Shown here: positions 48,510 through 57,802 of the stretch, piece after piece | Position numbering within the stretch: the stretch's first letter is position 1 | How the letters are laid out: the number at the start of each line of letters is the position of its first letter | From: Bdellovibrio sp. | GTDB taxonomy: Bacteria; Bdellovibrionota; Bdellovibrionia; Bdellovibrionales; Bdellovibrionaceae | Reading direction: 5' to 3' | DNA: 64,000 bases | Assembly: GCA_036676395.1 (NCBI GenBank) | Contig: JAKFCY010000002.1 | Span: 2,016,001 to 2,080,000, forward strand | Notes under the pieces: generated by a model | The model's database searches: none | Told to the model about the DNA's origin: nothing | Seen by the model: the letters and a program-made list of their open reading frames with translations, nothing else | Translations under genes and position numbers: made by a program

Positions 48510-49791
48510 AAAAGAAATTGGCAAATTAACCAGTATTGATGACGAAGGTCATCACATTCAGCTAATTCCCGGCGAGGTCAAAGGTACGTATAAAAATTTA
48601 CGTACTGTTGTTCAATTTTTTTTAGTTTTGCTATTTCTAATAGCCCCATGGATAAAAATAGATAGTCACCCGTTGATCTTATTCAATATCGCATCACGCG
48701 AGTTTTATTTATGGGGAGTTCTTTTTAAATCGCACGATGCTCCCCTGATATTTCTTCTGCTGATAACCGCAGTTCTTGGAATATCATTTGTAACAAGCCT
48801 TTGGGGGCGCATCTGGTGCGGCTGGGCTTGTCCGCAAACAGTATTTATCGATGGTGTATTTCGACGAATAGAGCTTTTAACTGAAGGAAACTACCTTGAA
48901 CGGCGAAAAATTCAAAACAGCCCGTTAACTGTAAAAATATTTTTTAAAAAATCTGTTAAATGGGCATTGTTTTTTTTAATAAGTTTTTTGATCGCCAAAA
49001 GTTTTTTAAATCTTTTTGCCGGAGTTCCCGATTGGATGCTCTGGGGGCTGACTTGGATTTTACTTTTTAATTTTTCTTGGTTTCGCGAACAATTTTGCGT
49101 AGTGGTCTGCCCGTATGGACGAATTCAAAGTGTTTTGCTTGAGCCTTCTTCGATGGCCGTTGTTTATGATGAAAAACGAACAGATTGCATCAATTGCAAC
49201 CGCTGCGTAGAAGTTTGCCCGACTGGAATTGACATTCGAAATGGCTTACAAATGGATTGCATTGGCTGCACAGCCTGCATTGATGCCTGCAACACCATTA
49301 TGAAAAAAGTTGATAAACCGAAGAACCTTATTTCATACCGCACAATTGATGGAACTCGCTTTAGCTTTTTCAAACTAAAAACATGTATTCATGCTCTTCT
49401 AATTTTAATCGCGATCACAATATTAGTTTACAACCTCAACACCAGAAAACACGAAAACATCGCTATTGTAAGAGCTACAGAACAACCTTTCTCTATTGTG
49501 TTAGATGAAAATGGAAACAAACAAATTCTAAATCATTTTAAAATTCATATAACAAATCAAACATATGAAAATCGCACCTATACAATTTCACTTTTAAATA
49601 ATAGTGCTAAATTAATCACTTCAGTAAACCCCAAAGTACTTACTGCTAAATCAACTATGACCTTACATGTATTTATAAGCACCGCGCTCGTAACACTTAG
49701 TTCTGATCAAGCGACCTCCGCGACTTTAATTATAGAAAATGACAAAAAAGAAAAGCACAGTGAAGTCGTTACCTTAATAGGACCAACATGA
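48499..49791 (+). CDS. ccoG: cbb3 accessory 4Fe-4S membrane protein
   Basis: GRIWCGWACPQT, REQFC...CPYGRIQ, CINCNRCVEVCPTGIDIR and CIGCTACIDAC; GTG start inferred. Confidence 0.9.
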   Translation: MKTKKEIGKLTSIDDEGHHIQLIPGEVKGTYKNLRTVVQFFLVLLFLIAPWIKIDSHPLILFNIASREFYLWGVLFKSHDAPLIFLLLITAVLGISFVTSLWGRIWCGWACPQTVFIDGVFRRIELLTEGNYLERRKIQNSPLTVKIFFKKSVKWALFFLISFLIAKSFLNLFAGVPDWMLWGLTWILLFNFSWFREQFCVVVCPYGRIQSVLLEPSSMAVVYDEKRTDCINCNRCVEVCPTGIDIRNGLQMDCIGCTACIDACNTIMKKVDKPKNLISYRTIDGTRFSFFKLKTCIHALLILIAITILVYNLNTRKHENIAIVRATEQPFSIVLDENGNKQILNHFKIHITNQTYENRTYTISLLNNSAKLITSVNPKVLTAKSTMTLHVFISTALVTLSSDQATSATLIIENDKKEKHSEVVTLIGPT

Positions 49792-50393
49792 AAACAGATT
49801 CATTAGCCTTAGCTTTAGCTATCCTATCAACAAGTTTTTATGGAAGTTTACATTGCGCAGCTATGTGCTCTCCAGTCGCCAGCTACATGGCTAAAAAAAA
49901 TTTGGCTTTAAGTTATCATTTGGGTCGTGGGGTTAGTTATACCGCCATAGGAGCACTTGGCGGCTATCTTGGATCATTGTTTTTAGAAAGCCAATTTCAA
50001 TCTCTACGAATTATAGCAGCTATACTTTTTGCAGCTGTCTTGATCTTTTTTGGTCTAAACTTATTCCAACAGAAAACTAACTCTGGATGGAATTTTATGC
50101 ATCGATTCTACTCTAATAAATTACCAGGATTTATATTAGGTTTGCTTACAGTCTTTCTTCCATGCGGTTGGCTATACAGTTATGTACTTGCAGCCATCGC
50201 CACAAAATCACCCGTAGCTGGCGCGTTGGTTACTTTTCTTTTTTGGATCGGCGGCCTGCCGATACTATCTGGCATTGGTTTATATATGAAAAAAGCAATT
50301 ATTACCTCTTCACCCCAGCGCCAAAAGATAGCTGGGGTTGTATTAATAATTGCTGGCTTATACTCTGTAATAAGTTTTTTTTATTTTAATTAA
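49788..50393 (+). CDS. DsbD_2/TauE-like membrane protein of cco clusters
   Basis: GSLHCAAMC, YHLGR and LPCGWLY motifs. Confidence 0.85.
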   Translation: MKTDSLALALAILSTSFYGSLHCAAMCSPVASYMAKKNLALSYHLGRGVSYTAIGALGGYLGSLFLESQFQSLRIIAAILFAAVLIFFGLNLFQQKTNSGWNFMHRFYSNKLPGFILGLLTVFLPCGWLYSYVLAAIATKSPVAGALVTFLFWIGGLPILSGIGLYMKKAIITSSPQRQKIAGVVLIIAGLYSVISFFYFN

Positions 50394-51160
50394 ATACTTA
50401 AATTTTTTATATGCTTAAGAAATTTTTCGTGAACAGCATTTTCCATTTTATATACGCCAGATTCTTTACCCATCAGCCATTTCGCGGCAAAAATGGCTCC
50501 GGTGCCGAAGGCCGAACGACTGACACTTTCGTGGGTTAATCTGAGCGTTTGATACGGAAGCCCGAAGATCACTTCGTGTTTTCCGACGATGCCACCCACG
50601 CGAATTGAGTTAATATGATTATTTTCGTCTAAATTTAGATGTTGGGCAATTTTCAGTGCGGTACCAGAAATGTCTTTTTTGTTTCTAAAATGCTCTTCAA
50701 CAATTTCGATATCTGCATTCGGAATAATTTGTTTAAGTAACTTCGAAGCAATTAATAGCCAGTTAATTCCCAGTGTAATATTCGGCGAAGCTAATACCGC
50801 AGTTTTTTTGCCTGCCGATTTAATCAATGCTAATTCATCAGTTGTATAATTTGAAATGGCCGAAACTACTTTGACCCCTTGCGAGGCTAAAATGTCGTAG
50901 AGTTTTGTAGATTCACCGATAGAAAAATCAATAACCACATCTACAGGATTAGCTTTCAAAAATTTTTCACAAAACATTTCAACAGATACAAACGGGGCAA
51001 ACTTTTCTTCGTAACCTAATGAATGACTTGCATAGAACGAATTTGGGTTGACCGTTTTTTTCATGACCCACTTTAAAGTGAAATCTGTATCTTTAACCAG
51101 TTCTTGCGCGACCAGAGAGCCTGTTCTACCAAATCCGAATAAACCTACATTTAAATGCAT
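50390..51160 (-). CDS. dapB: 4-hydroxy-tetrahydrodipicolinate reductase-like protein
   Basis: GLFGFGRTG, VVIDFS, SPNITLG, EEHFRNKKDISGTA, SIRVGGIVGKHEV and SRSAFGTGA motifs. Confidence 0.8.
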   Translation of the reverse strand: MHLNVGLFGFGRTGSLVAQELVKDTDFTLKWVMKKTVNPNSFYASHSLGYEEKFAPFVSVEMFCEKFLKANPVDVVIDFSIGESTKLYDILASQGVKVVSAISNYTTDELALIKSAGKKTAVLASPNITLGINWLLIASKLLKQIIPNADIEIVEEHFRNKKDISGTALKIAQHLNLDENNHINSIRVGGIVGKHEVIFGLPYQTLRLTHESVSRSAFGTGAIFAAKWLMGKESGVYKMENAVHEKFLKHIKNLSI

Positions 51161-51467
51161 AGGGCACCTTTCAGCGAAAAGCGACCCTACTTTTCAGTAA
51201 CTGCAATAAAGCATTGCACCCTTAGTATTTAAATTTATATCTCTATATCATTAGGGCGATAGGGCTCTGTGGTAAAGTAAAAAAGGCCTGTTTAGCGTGA
51301 AAATCAGTATATTAGCCTAGAGCTAAAATTATACGCGTGAGTCAATTGTTTAGAATTAAGATAATTATCAGACATCACCGAATAATGCGGATCTTCAAAA
51401 ATATTTACCTCGATGTAAAAAAGATAATTAACAACATAGAGTTGGTTTAGCAAGTCCTGTTAGTCGA

Positions 51468-52007
51468 GTGGAAATTGACGACCAGACCAAAGAAAAAAAT
51501 GCCAATCATTATTTAACTTATCATGTAACTGGTTTTCGCGACGGCGCGAATGTTTTGATTCGTAAAGATATTCCTGATCGCCGCTGGTTTGGCGCCGATG
51601 TCACGTTAGTGCAAGAACTTAAAGGTGACAAAGCACAAGTTGCAATTGCAAAGATTGCCCAAGCCGCAAAATCTTACCCCTATCAACAAAATTATCGTTT
51701 ATGGCCTGGGCCCAACAGCAACACATTTATTTCTTATATTATTCGCAACACCGATGAACTTGGAGTTGAACTTCCAGTAAATGCGATCGGTAAAGATTGG
51801 ATTGGAAAAGCTGATTTTTTCGGCCCCAGCGAAAGTGGAACTGGTTACCAGTTATCTATTTACGGTGCCTTGGGTTTAACCGTAGGTTTAGCTGAAGGTT
51901 TTGAAATGAATTTGCTCGGTCTGACATTCGGTATTGATGTCTGGCGACCAGCTTTGAAATTGCCATTCGTGGGCCGCGTCGGCTTTGCACATGCCCCCAT
52001 ATTTTAA
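51468..52007 (+). pseudogene. DUF3750-family gene, apparently 5'-truncated
   Basis: PDRRWFG, YRLWPGPNSNTF, LPVNAIGKD and PALKLPFVGR motifs present; expected N-terminal part absent; weak GTG start. Confidence 0.6.
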
Positions 52008-52105
52008 TTTTCTTGAATAAATAACTATTAATTTGATTATAGAACTGTTTTGACTCAATCCTAACAAATAATTTCAATGCTCTTCAAAATAGATTAAAAT
52101 GAAGT

Positions 52106-52432
52106 ATGTTGGATGAAGCCACGAGGCACATAATCATTGCCAAGATTAATGTAATTACTGAAGCTCAGAAGCATACAGTTTTGTCAGAAACTTTTTCTCA
52201 TTCTGAGATGAAGCTAAAATACCCTTTGCCGGTGCAATTTTTAAATCAAAAATCTCCGATAATATTTCAGATCGTTTACACCAATGAAATTAGAACATAT
52301 ATTTTTAATGTCTATGGCAATGCGAGCGCTGACTCGCCGATGACAGTTGTGTTTGTTCCCCAATCGCTTAACGTCATTCAACAATTTCTAAATGATGTCG
52401 TTTTGAAAAAAAAATCGACTGTCATTGAATAA
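52106..52432 (+). CDS. Hypothetical protein
   Basis: 108-aa ORF filling the gap; TAAAAT just upstream of the ATG. Confidence 0.5.
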   Translation: MLDEATRHIIIAKINVITEAQKHTVLSETFSHSEMKLKYPLPVQFLNQKSPIIFQIVYTNEIRTYIFNVYGNASADSPMTVVFVPQSLNVIQQFLNDVVLKKKSTVIE

Positions 52433-52446
52433 CTACCCGAGCCTAG

Positions 52447-53367
52447 TTACAGAATCATTTTGCCGAAATAAAGCGAGGCATAAATCGTTGGACTATCGGC
52501 ATCGGTTACAACATAAAAGCAAAGTCTTTGGCTTTCGGCTTCAACCCAAAGGCCTTCTGGTTTTAGCGCACAATCTATTTGATAGCGGCCGATTTCTTTA
52601 CCCGCTGCATTTAAACAACCAATAATAGCGCCATAGTATCTACCATCTTCATAAGTTGACTGGCTGTCTTCGGCTACAGCTAAGTACCAAATGGTATCAT
52701 CCAGTGTGCAGGCATCGGTAAAATCCAGTTTATATCCCGCAAGCTCACCAAGTTGGTAAGTGTTAACAGCTAGAACGTGCTTTGGGTTTAGAGAGCTTTG
52801 GTTTTTAAGGTCGTTACAAAATCCTTCGAGGTCTATATCAATGATCGCATTTACACCACTTGCACCATTGCCGCGCTGAAAAAGTTTAAGTTGGTTATTA
52901 AAAACACAAGCACCTTCGATATTAAGATCCGGAAGCTTTTCTTTTAACTGCAAATAAATATTAGAAAAATCGACCGTAACGGGATCCTGAGTTGGGTCAA
53001 TGGCGCCTTTAGCATTCAATTTAACAAAAGCCCCGGCCATTCTGTTTTCAGTCGATCCTGATGGTACCGCCAAAAGAATATCTTGGTGATTTTTAATATC
53101 AATTTTAACTAAAGCTTCCCAGTCAGGTTTTTGAGCTTTTCGTTCTTTTGCATCTAGTGAAAGAAGGCCACTCTTAAGTTGCACAGAATTAATTTTAGTC
53201 TGACCTTCAAAACTAAATTGAAATAACGAAAGCTCATCATCCGCTATAACAAAAAAATCGTTACCCGATTTAACCAAACCGCTGGCCGCTTTCACACCAA
53301 CTGTTATTTGCTCTTCCAATTTAAGCTCTCGCATCCAGCGCAGAGGTATCTTTTTTGTATCCAGCAT
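52447..53367 (-). CDS. Conserved hypothetical protein (DUF6929-like, probable beta-propeller)
   Basis: AASGLV...IADDE, KPDWEAL, PSGSTENR, LNIEGA, FTDA, AEDS..TYEDG and KPEG motifs. Confidence 0.75.
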   Translation of the reverse strand: MLDTKKIPLRWMRELKLEEQITVGVKAASGLVKSGNDFFVIADDELSLFQFSFEGQTKINSVQLKSGLLSLDAKERKAQKPDWEALVKIDIKNHQDILLAVPSGSTENRMAGAFVKLNAKGAIDPTQDPVTVDFSNIYLQLKEKLPDLNIEGACVFNNQLKLFQRGNGASGVNAIIDIDLEGFCNDLKNQSSLNPKHVLAVNTYQLGELAGYKLDFTDACTLDDTIWYLAVAEDSQSTYEDGRYYGAIIGCLNAAGKEIGRYQIDCALKPEGLWVEAESQRLCFYVVTDADSPTIYASLYFGKMIL

Positions 53368-53402
53368 TTAATATTTCTAGCAGCTTTTATACCTTAACAC
53401 CA

Positions 53403-53417
53403 CGGCATAGTTTCTGC
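53403..53417 (+). promoter_or_regulatory. sigma54-type promoter
   Basis: CGGCATAGTTTCTGC (GG-N10-GC) upstream of the GGAGG RBS of the gene at 53453. Confidence 0.45.
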
Positions 53418-53452
53418 TTTAGCATTACGAATTATTAACCGGAGGTCCTTAA

Positions 53453-54721
53453 ATGCCATTAAAACCTGTTTTCATTATACCCTTTGTCTTACTTTTGTCC
53501 TTAACCGCTCTGGGAGAAGAAACTTCGCCCCGTTGTTATCAATTCACGTCTGGTAACGTTGAGGCCGTCGAGCACGATCATGACTCAAATATTCATGTGT
53601 CAGACTCAGAGATTTGGTGCTACCAGCGTGTGACGACACCGCAACCAGGTATGCTGATCTATAATATCGATAATGGCCGCGCAAAACCTGAGTTAACAAT
53701 ATTGAAAGGTGATGATGGCTACATTGTGCATGCATCTCTGTTAGCTGGTCGAATTACAACTCACAGAGTTAAAGCCACAGACTTTAACCCGTTTTCAATC
53801 CCGCTGACAGAACCTGGCATTGCTCAACGCCTGTCACTGAAACCATCTGCAGCAATTATTGAATCTGCAAAAACAGCCTTTAAATTTCTTTTAAGTGCTC
53901 CGTTAAATTCATCGCCAGCAGAAGACACACCGATGACCATCGAGGCTGGCACTTTCAAAGCGCAAGCAACGCATTTACCTTGGCGCGGTTATTGGTTTCC
54001 ACAACGCGGCCAAACCATCGCGGGCCCCCTTAAACGCTACGATCTATTTATCAAAGCAAAAACTGGTAAAAGCCCAGACTCAGCTCGCTATGAACGCAAT
54101 CATCACGGTTGGACCGGAGAAGTTTGGGAAGGCCATTGCAACGGCTGGGCAGCGGCGGCAATTTTAAATCAAGAACCTGTAATTCCCAGAACAGATAAAA
54201 TTTCTGGTGTCACTTTTTCTGTACTTGATCAAAAAGCATTACTTTCTGAAAGAGACTTCTGCGTTACCCATACTTTTTTCGGTTCGCGGTATAGAGATGC
54301 CGGAGACAACGCCAGCGATATTCGCCCTGCGCTTTTTCACAAAATTTTAGTTTATTACATCGGTAAATTAGGCAAACCCGTAGCCACTGATTATGACCGA
54401 AGTGCTACCGTTAACAATGCTGTTATCTCTAGCTATGATATGACAATTACAAAAACCGGAACTAGAACATTTAAAGTAAACATGGTGATTGATCTTCACC
54501 ATTACGATAAGACAAAAAGTGAAAACACTGGCGTCGCCCGCATAGAAAGAAAAAAATATAGATATACGATTAAAGTGAACGAACTCGGTGAAATTATTGG
54601 CGGCAACTGGCTTTCTGGCAACCCTGACTTTTTGTGGGTGCCGCTGAGCACGTCGCTTTGCCCTAAGAACAATCAAAAATTAGACGCAAAGTATATCGAA
54701 GAAATTCTTAATCTACAGTAA
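53453..54721 (+). CDS. Secreted transglutaminase-elicitor-like Cys protein
   Basis: Signal peptide; PWRGYWFP, WEGHCNGWAAAAI and GGNW...PDFLW motifs. Confidence 0.72.
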   Translation: MPLKPVFIIPFVLLLSLTALGEETSPRCYQFTSGNVEAVEHDHDSNIHVSDSEIWCYQRVTTPQPGMLIYNIDNGRAKPELTILKGDDGYIVHASLLAGRITTHRVKATDFNPFSIPLTEPGIAQRLSLKPSAAIIESAKTAFKFLLSAPLNSSPAEDTPMTIEAGTFKAQATHLPWRGYWFPQRGQTIAGPLKRYDLFIKAKTGKSPDSARYERNHHGWTGEVWEGHCNGWAAAAILNQEPVIPRTDKISGVTFSVLDQKALLSERDFCVTHTFFGSRYRDAGDNASDIRPALFHKILVYYIGKLGKPVATDYDRSATVNNAVISSYDMTITKTGTRTFKVNMVIDLHHYDKTKSENTGVARIERKKYRYTIKVNELGEIIGGNWLSGNPDFLWVPLSTSLCPKNNQKLDAKYIEEILNLQ

Positions 54722-54752
54722 AAATTAAAGAAGCGCTGATTCCCCATCTTTT

Positions 54753-55498
54753 CTATGACCCACATCTTTTAAGCGAGATGTGGGTTTTGTTTTTTAAGCC
54801 CACAACACTTCCCACTCGGATGAGGAAAGCCCTGTTAAACGCTGCGGTTTATATTTTATGGAACCAGAAGCTTCTTTTATATTAAGCTGAATATAGTTTC
54901 TAACAATCAGATAGGGCTTCCACCCCTGAATCACACGAGTAAAAGGCCTGTACTTCCATAGCTTTGCGGGTTTCATGGAACTTGCTGGGGTATCGGTCAC
55001 ATTTCTTACAACAAGAAAGCCATTTTTCTTAAACTCCTGTGCAATTTGCCCTGCCATGACACGCAAAAAATGTTGGCCGTAAGATCTTTTTGAAAACCGA
55101 ACTAACAAATGTAAATGATCGTGGTTAATTGAAACCTGTTCAACTTTAACAAAGAACCTGCGCGCATATTTTTTAATAATAGCGTTGATCAGATAAAACC
55201 CTAAAGGTGATCGAAGCCCCCGGCGCAGGGATTTAAAATCTGTTTTTAACACTAAATGAATCGGCGCTTTTGTGGATAACGGGCGAGCTTTGCGACCGCG
55301 GCGTTTGTTGCGTAAAATACCACCATGGTTATAGCGAAATTGCCAGTGTGTTTTTGTAAAATGTAATTGTGTGTGACCCATACCCAAGCCTTTCGATGAG
55401 CTGACGAAAAGCAAGAACCTGGCGCAGGTTAGAGGGCTGTTATCTGTAGCTGGCAAAGATATATCCGATAGACGGATTAAAAAAGATGTGGGTCATAG
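54753..55498. mobile_element. RAYT/IS200-like Y1 transposase element bounded by 18-bp inverted repeats
   Basis: CTATGACCCACATCTTTT (54753-70) and AAAAGATGTGGGTCATAG (55481-98); extra hairpin at 54758-54785. Confidence 0.7.
54794..55381 (-). CDS. Y1 (HUH) transposase, REP-associated (RAYT-like)
   Basis: IHLVLK, DHLHLLV (HUH), LWKYRPFTR and VRNYIQLN (catalytic Tyr); start taken at ATG 55381. Confidence 0.8.
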   Translation of the reverse strand: MGHTQLHFTKTHWQFRYNHGGILRNKRRGRKARPLSTKAPIHLVLKTDFKSLRRGLRSPLGFYLINAIIKKYARRFFVKVEQVSINHDHLHLLVRFSKRSYGQHFLRVMAGQIAQEFKKNGFLVVRNVTDTPASSMKPAKLWKYRPFTRVIQGWKPYLIVRNYIQLNIKEASGSIKYKPQRLTGLSSSEWEVLWA

Positions 55499-55529
55499 TA
55501 AGGGCTCAATACCTGCCTTTTTTTTATTT

Positions 55530-55868
55530 CTAAAAATGTTCTCCGTTTTCAAAATAATCAGTTTTCGGCAGATCAAAAAATACAACCACGATAAATTCAG
55601 ATTTTGAAAAGCCACGCACAAGTTCTGTGACTTTCTTTGCAGCTACAGCTTTCATCTCGGCCCCGCGATCAAACCAGTGAATTTCAATCATTGGATCACC
55701 CAACCCGTCAGGCACGATGACGCCGTCGCGGTAAAAAACTGAGTGAATTTTTTCGACGGTGAAATTTTCTTCTGGCGTGTTCATAATTAGCGAAAGTTCT
55801 TTTGGTAAAACTTGGCTTAAGTTTTTAACATCTGAATCAGTCATGGCGCGAATACGAATATGTGGCAT
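55530..55868 (-). CDS. DUF1904 (tautomerase-fold) protein
   Basis: MPHIRIR, EIHWFDRG and YFENGEHF motifs. Confidence 0.85.
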   Translation of the reverse strand: MPHIRIRAMTDSDVKNLSQVLPKELSLIMNTPEENFTVEKIHSVFYRDGVIVPDGLGDPMIEIHWFDRGAEMKAVAAKKVTELVRGFSKSEFIVVVFFDLPKTDYFENGEHF

Positions 55869-55911
55869 AATTACCTTCCATTTTAGCTAGATTTCTTTCT
55901 ATACTTCAAGG

Positions 55912-57681
55912 ATGGATTTAATTACCCCTGCTTTAATTTATCTTTCGTTATCAGCTTTACTTGTTCCCCTATTTCATAAACTGGGGTTGGGATCTGTTCT
56001 AGGCTACTTAACAGCAGGCTTTATTATCGGGCCACATGCGCTGGGTGTGATCAAAGACGTAAATAGCGTTTCAGGTTTTGCTGAATTTGGTGTGGTGTTT
56101 TTATTATTTATTATTGGCTTAGAATTGCAGCCAAAAAAATTATGGAGCATGCGTAAAGATCTGATCGGCTTTGGCGGTTTACAAATTCTAGCTTGTACTT
56201 TGGGGTTAGGCTTAATCGTTAAATTTTTTGGTTTTTCATGGACTCAATCCATGGTGATTGGTTTTGCGCTATCGTTATCTTCAACTGCATTTGCGATGCA
56301 GACATTGATTGAACGTAAACAATTACAAACTGTACCTGGAAAAACAGCGTTTGCGATTTTACTGATGCAAGATATTATCGCGATCCCCGCTTTGGCTTTA
56401 ATTCCCTTATTAGGCGGAGAAGTTGGCGGTTCTAATCTTACCCGCTGGACGGCTTTATGGTTTATCGGCACCGTGATCGTGCTGGTTTTAATCAGTCGTT
56501 ATTTAATGCGTCCGCTACTTCGAATGGTGGCCTCTATTCGCAATCGCGAAATTTTCACAGCGATTACTTTAGCTATCGTGCTTGGGGTATCAATGTGGAT
56601 GCATCACTTGGGTTTATCAATGGGCCTTGGCGCGTTCTTGGCCGGAGTACTTTTAGCCGATTCTGAATACCGTCACGAGTTAGAAGTAGATCTTGAACCG
56701 TTTAAAGGTTTATTGATGGGTTTATTTTTTATCTCGGTTGGAATGTCTGTGAATATTTCATTACTGGTGGCTTCGCCGTTATTAATTTTGGCGTTGACGG
56801 GATTATATCAAGTCGTTAAAGGATTTTTGATTGTAGCTGCAGCACGTGTGTTAGGTCTTGAAGCAGACAGTTCAAAATGTATGGGTTTAACCATCGCCCA
56901 AGGTGGAGAGTTTGCCTTTGTTATTTTTGCTTCAACTTTGAAGATTAATTTTTTACCGGCAGAAACTGTCGAGATGTTAGTTTTAATTGTAACATTATCA
57001 ATGGTATTAAGCCCGATTGCGCTGGCGTTTAACGAAAAAATCTTAGCTAGTCTGAACAATCGAAAAAAGAAAGATCCTCAGTATGATGAAATCGAAGCAA
57101 AAAATAATCATGTGATCATCGCTGGTTATGGCCGCTTCGGACAAATCTGTGGCCGTATTTTACGTTCTTTAGGAATTCCATTTACGGCGTTAGAGTTAGA
57201 TCCTGCTCAGATTGAATTATTGCGAAAATTCGGCACCAAAGTTTATTACGGCGATGCTTCGCGCGCAGAACTTTTAGAAAAAGCCGGCGCTGCAGATGCG
57301 ACACTTTTAATTTTAGCCATTGATGATGTTGATTCAAGCATTGAAGCAGCAAAAGTTATCACTGAGCAATTTCCGAAATTAAAAATTTTAGCGCGGGCTC
57401 GTAATCGTGATCACGCTTTTCAATTGCGTGATTTAGGAATCAGTTTTATCAAGCGTGAAACTTTTGATGCCGCTGTTGAGCTTTCAAAAGAAATGTTAGT
57501 TGAACTTGGCTACAAACGCGATCACGCCGATCGTTTAACGGATAAATTTAAACTGCATGATGAGAGTATGCTTATCGAACAACATCTGATCAGACATGAC
57601 GAAAAGCAGATGATCAGTGTTTCGCGCCAAGGCGCCGAGCAGCTGACGCAGGTTCTGAATGACGATATCGTGCTAAAATAA
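55912..57681 (+). CDS. kefC: CPA2 potassium/proton antiporter, KefB/KefC-like
   Basis: GLGSVLGYL, SEYRHELEVDLEPFKGLL and QGGEFAFV; KTN domain IIAGYGRFGQ...YYGDA. Confidence 0.88.
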   Translation: MDLITPALIYLSLSALLVPLFHKLGLGSVLGYLTAGFIIGPHALGVIKDVNSVSGFAEFGVVFLLFIIGLELQPKKLWSMRKDLIGFGGLQILACTLGLGLIVKFFGFSWTQSMVIGFALSLSSTAFAMQTLIERKQLQTVPGKTAFAILLMQDIIAIPALALIPLLGGEVGGSNLTRWTALWFIGTVIVLVLISRYLMRPLLRMVASIRNREIFTAITLAIVLGVSMWMHHLGLSMGLGAFLAGVLLADSEYRHELEVDLEPFKGLLMGLFFISVGMSVNISLLVASPLLILALTGLYQVVKGFLIVAAARVLGLEADSSKCMGLTIAQGGEFAFVIFASTLKINFLPAETVEMLVLIVTLSMVLSPIALAFNEKILASLNNRKKKDPQYDEIEAKNNHVIIAGYGRFGQICGRILRSLGIPFTALELDPAQIELLRKFGTKVYYGDASRAELLEKAGAADATLLILAIDDVDSSIEAAKVITEQFPKLKILARARNRDHAFQLRDLGISFIKRETFDAAVELSKEMLVELGYKRDHADRLTDKFKLHDESMLIEQHLIRHDEKQMISVSRQGAEQLTQVLNDDIVLK

Positions 57682-57802
57682 TAAGCGCTTTTGCTATGCA
57701 TTCACTTGGGTAACCATTAATACCCTTGTGTGCAGCGTATTCTGATTGAATTACCGACTTTGCTTTCGTAAAAATAACTATACAAACGAAGGTAGGTTTT
57801 CA

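Noticed and set aside
51161..51467. Lysine riboswitch upstream of dapB
   Set aside because: Only a short weak stem near the start codon; no recognisable riboswitch architecture.
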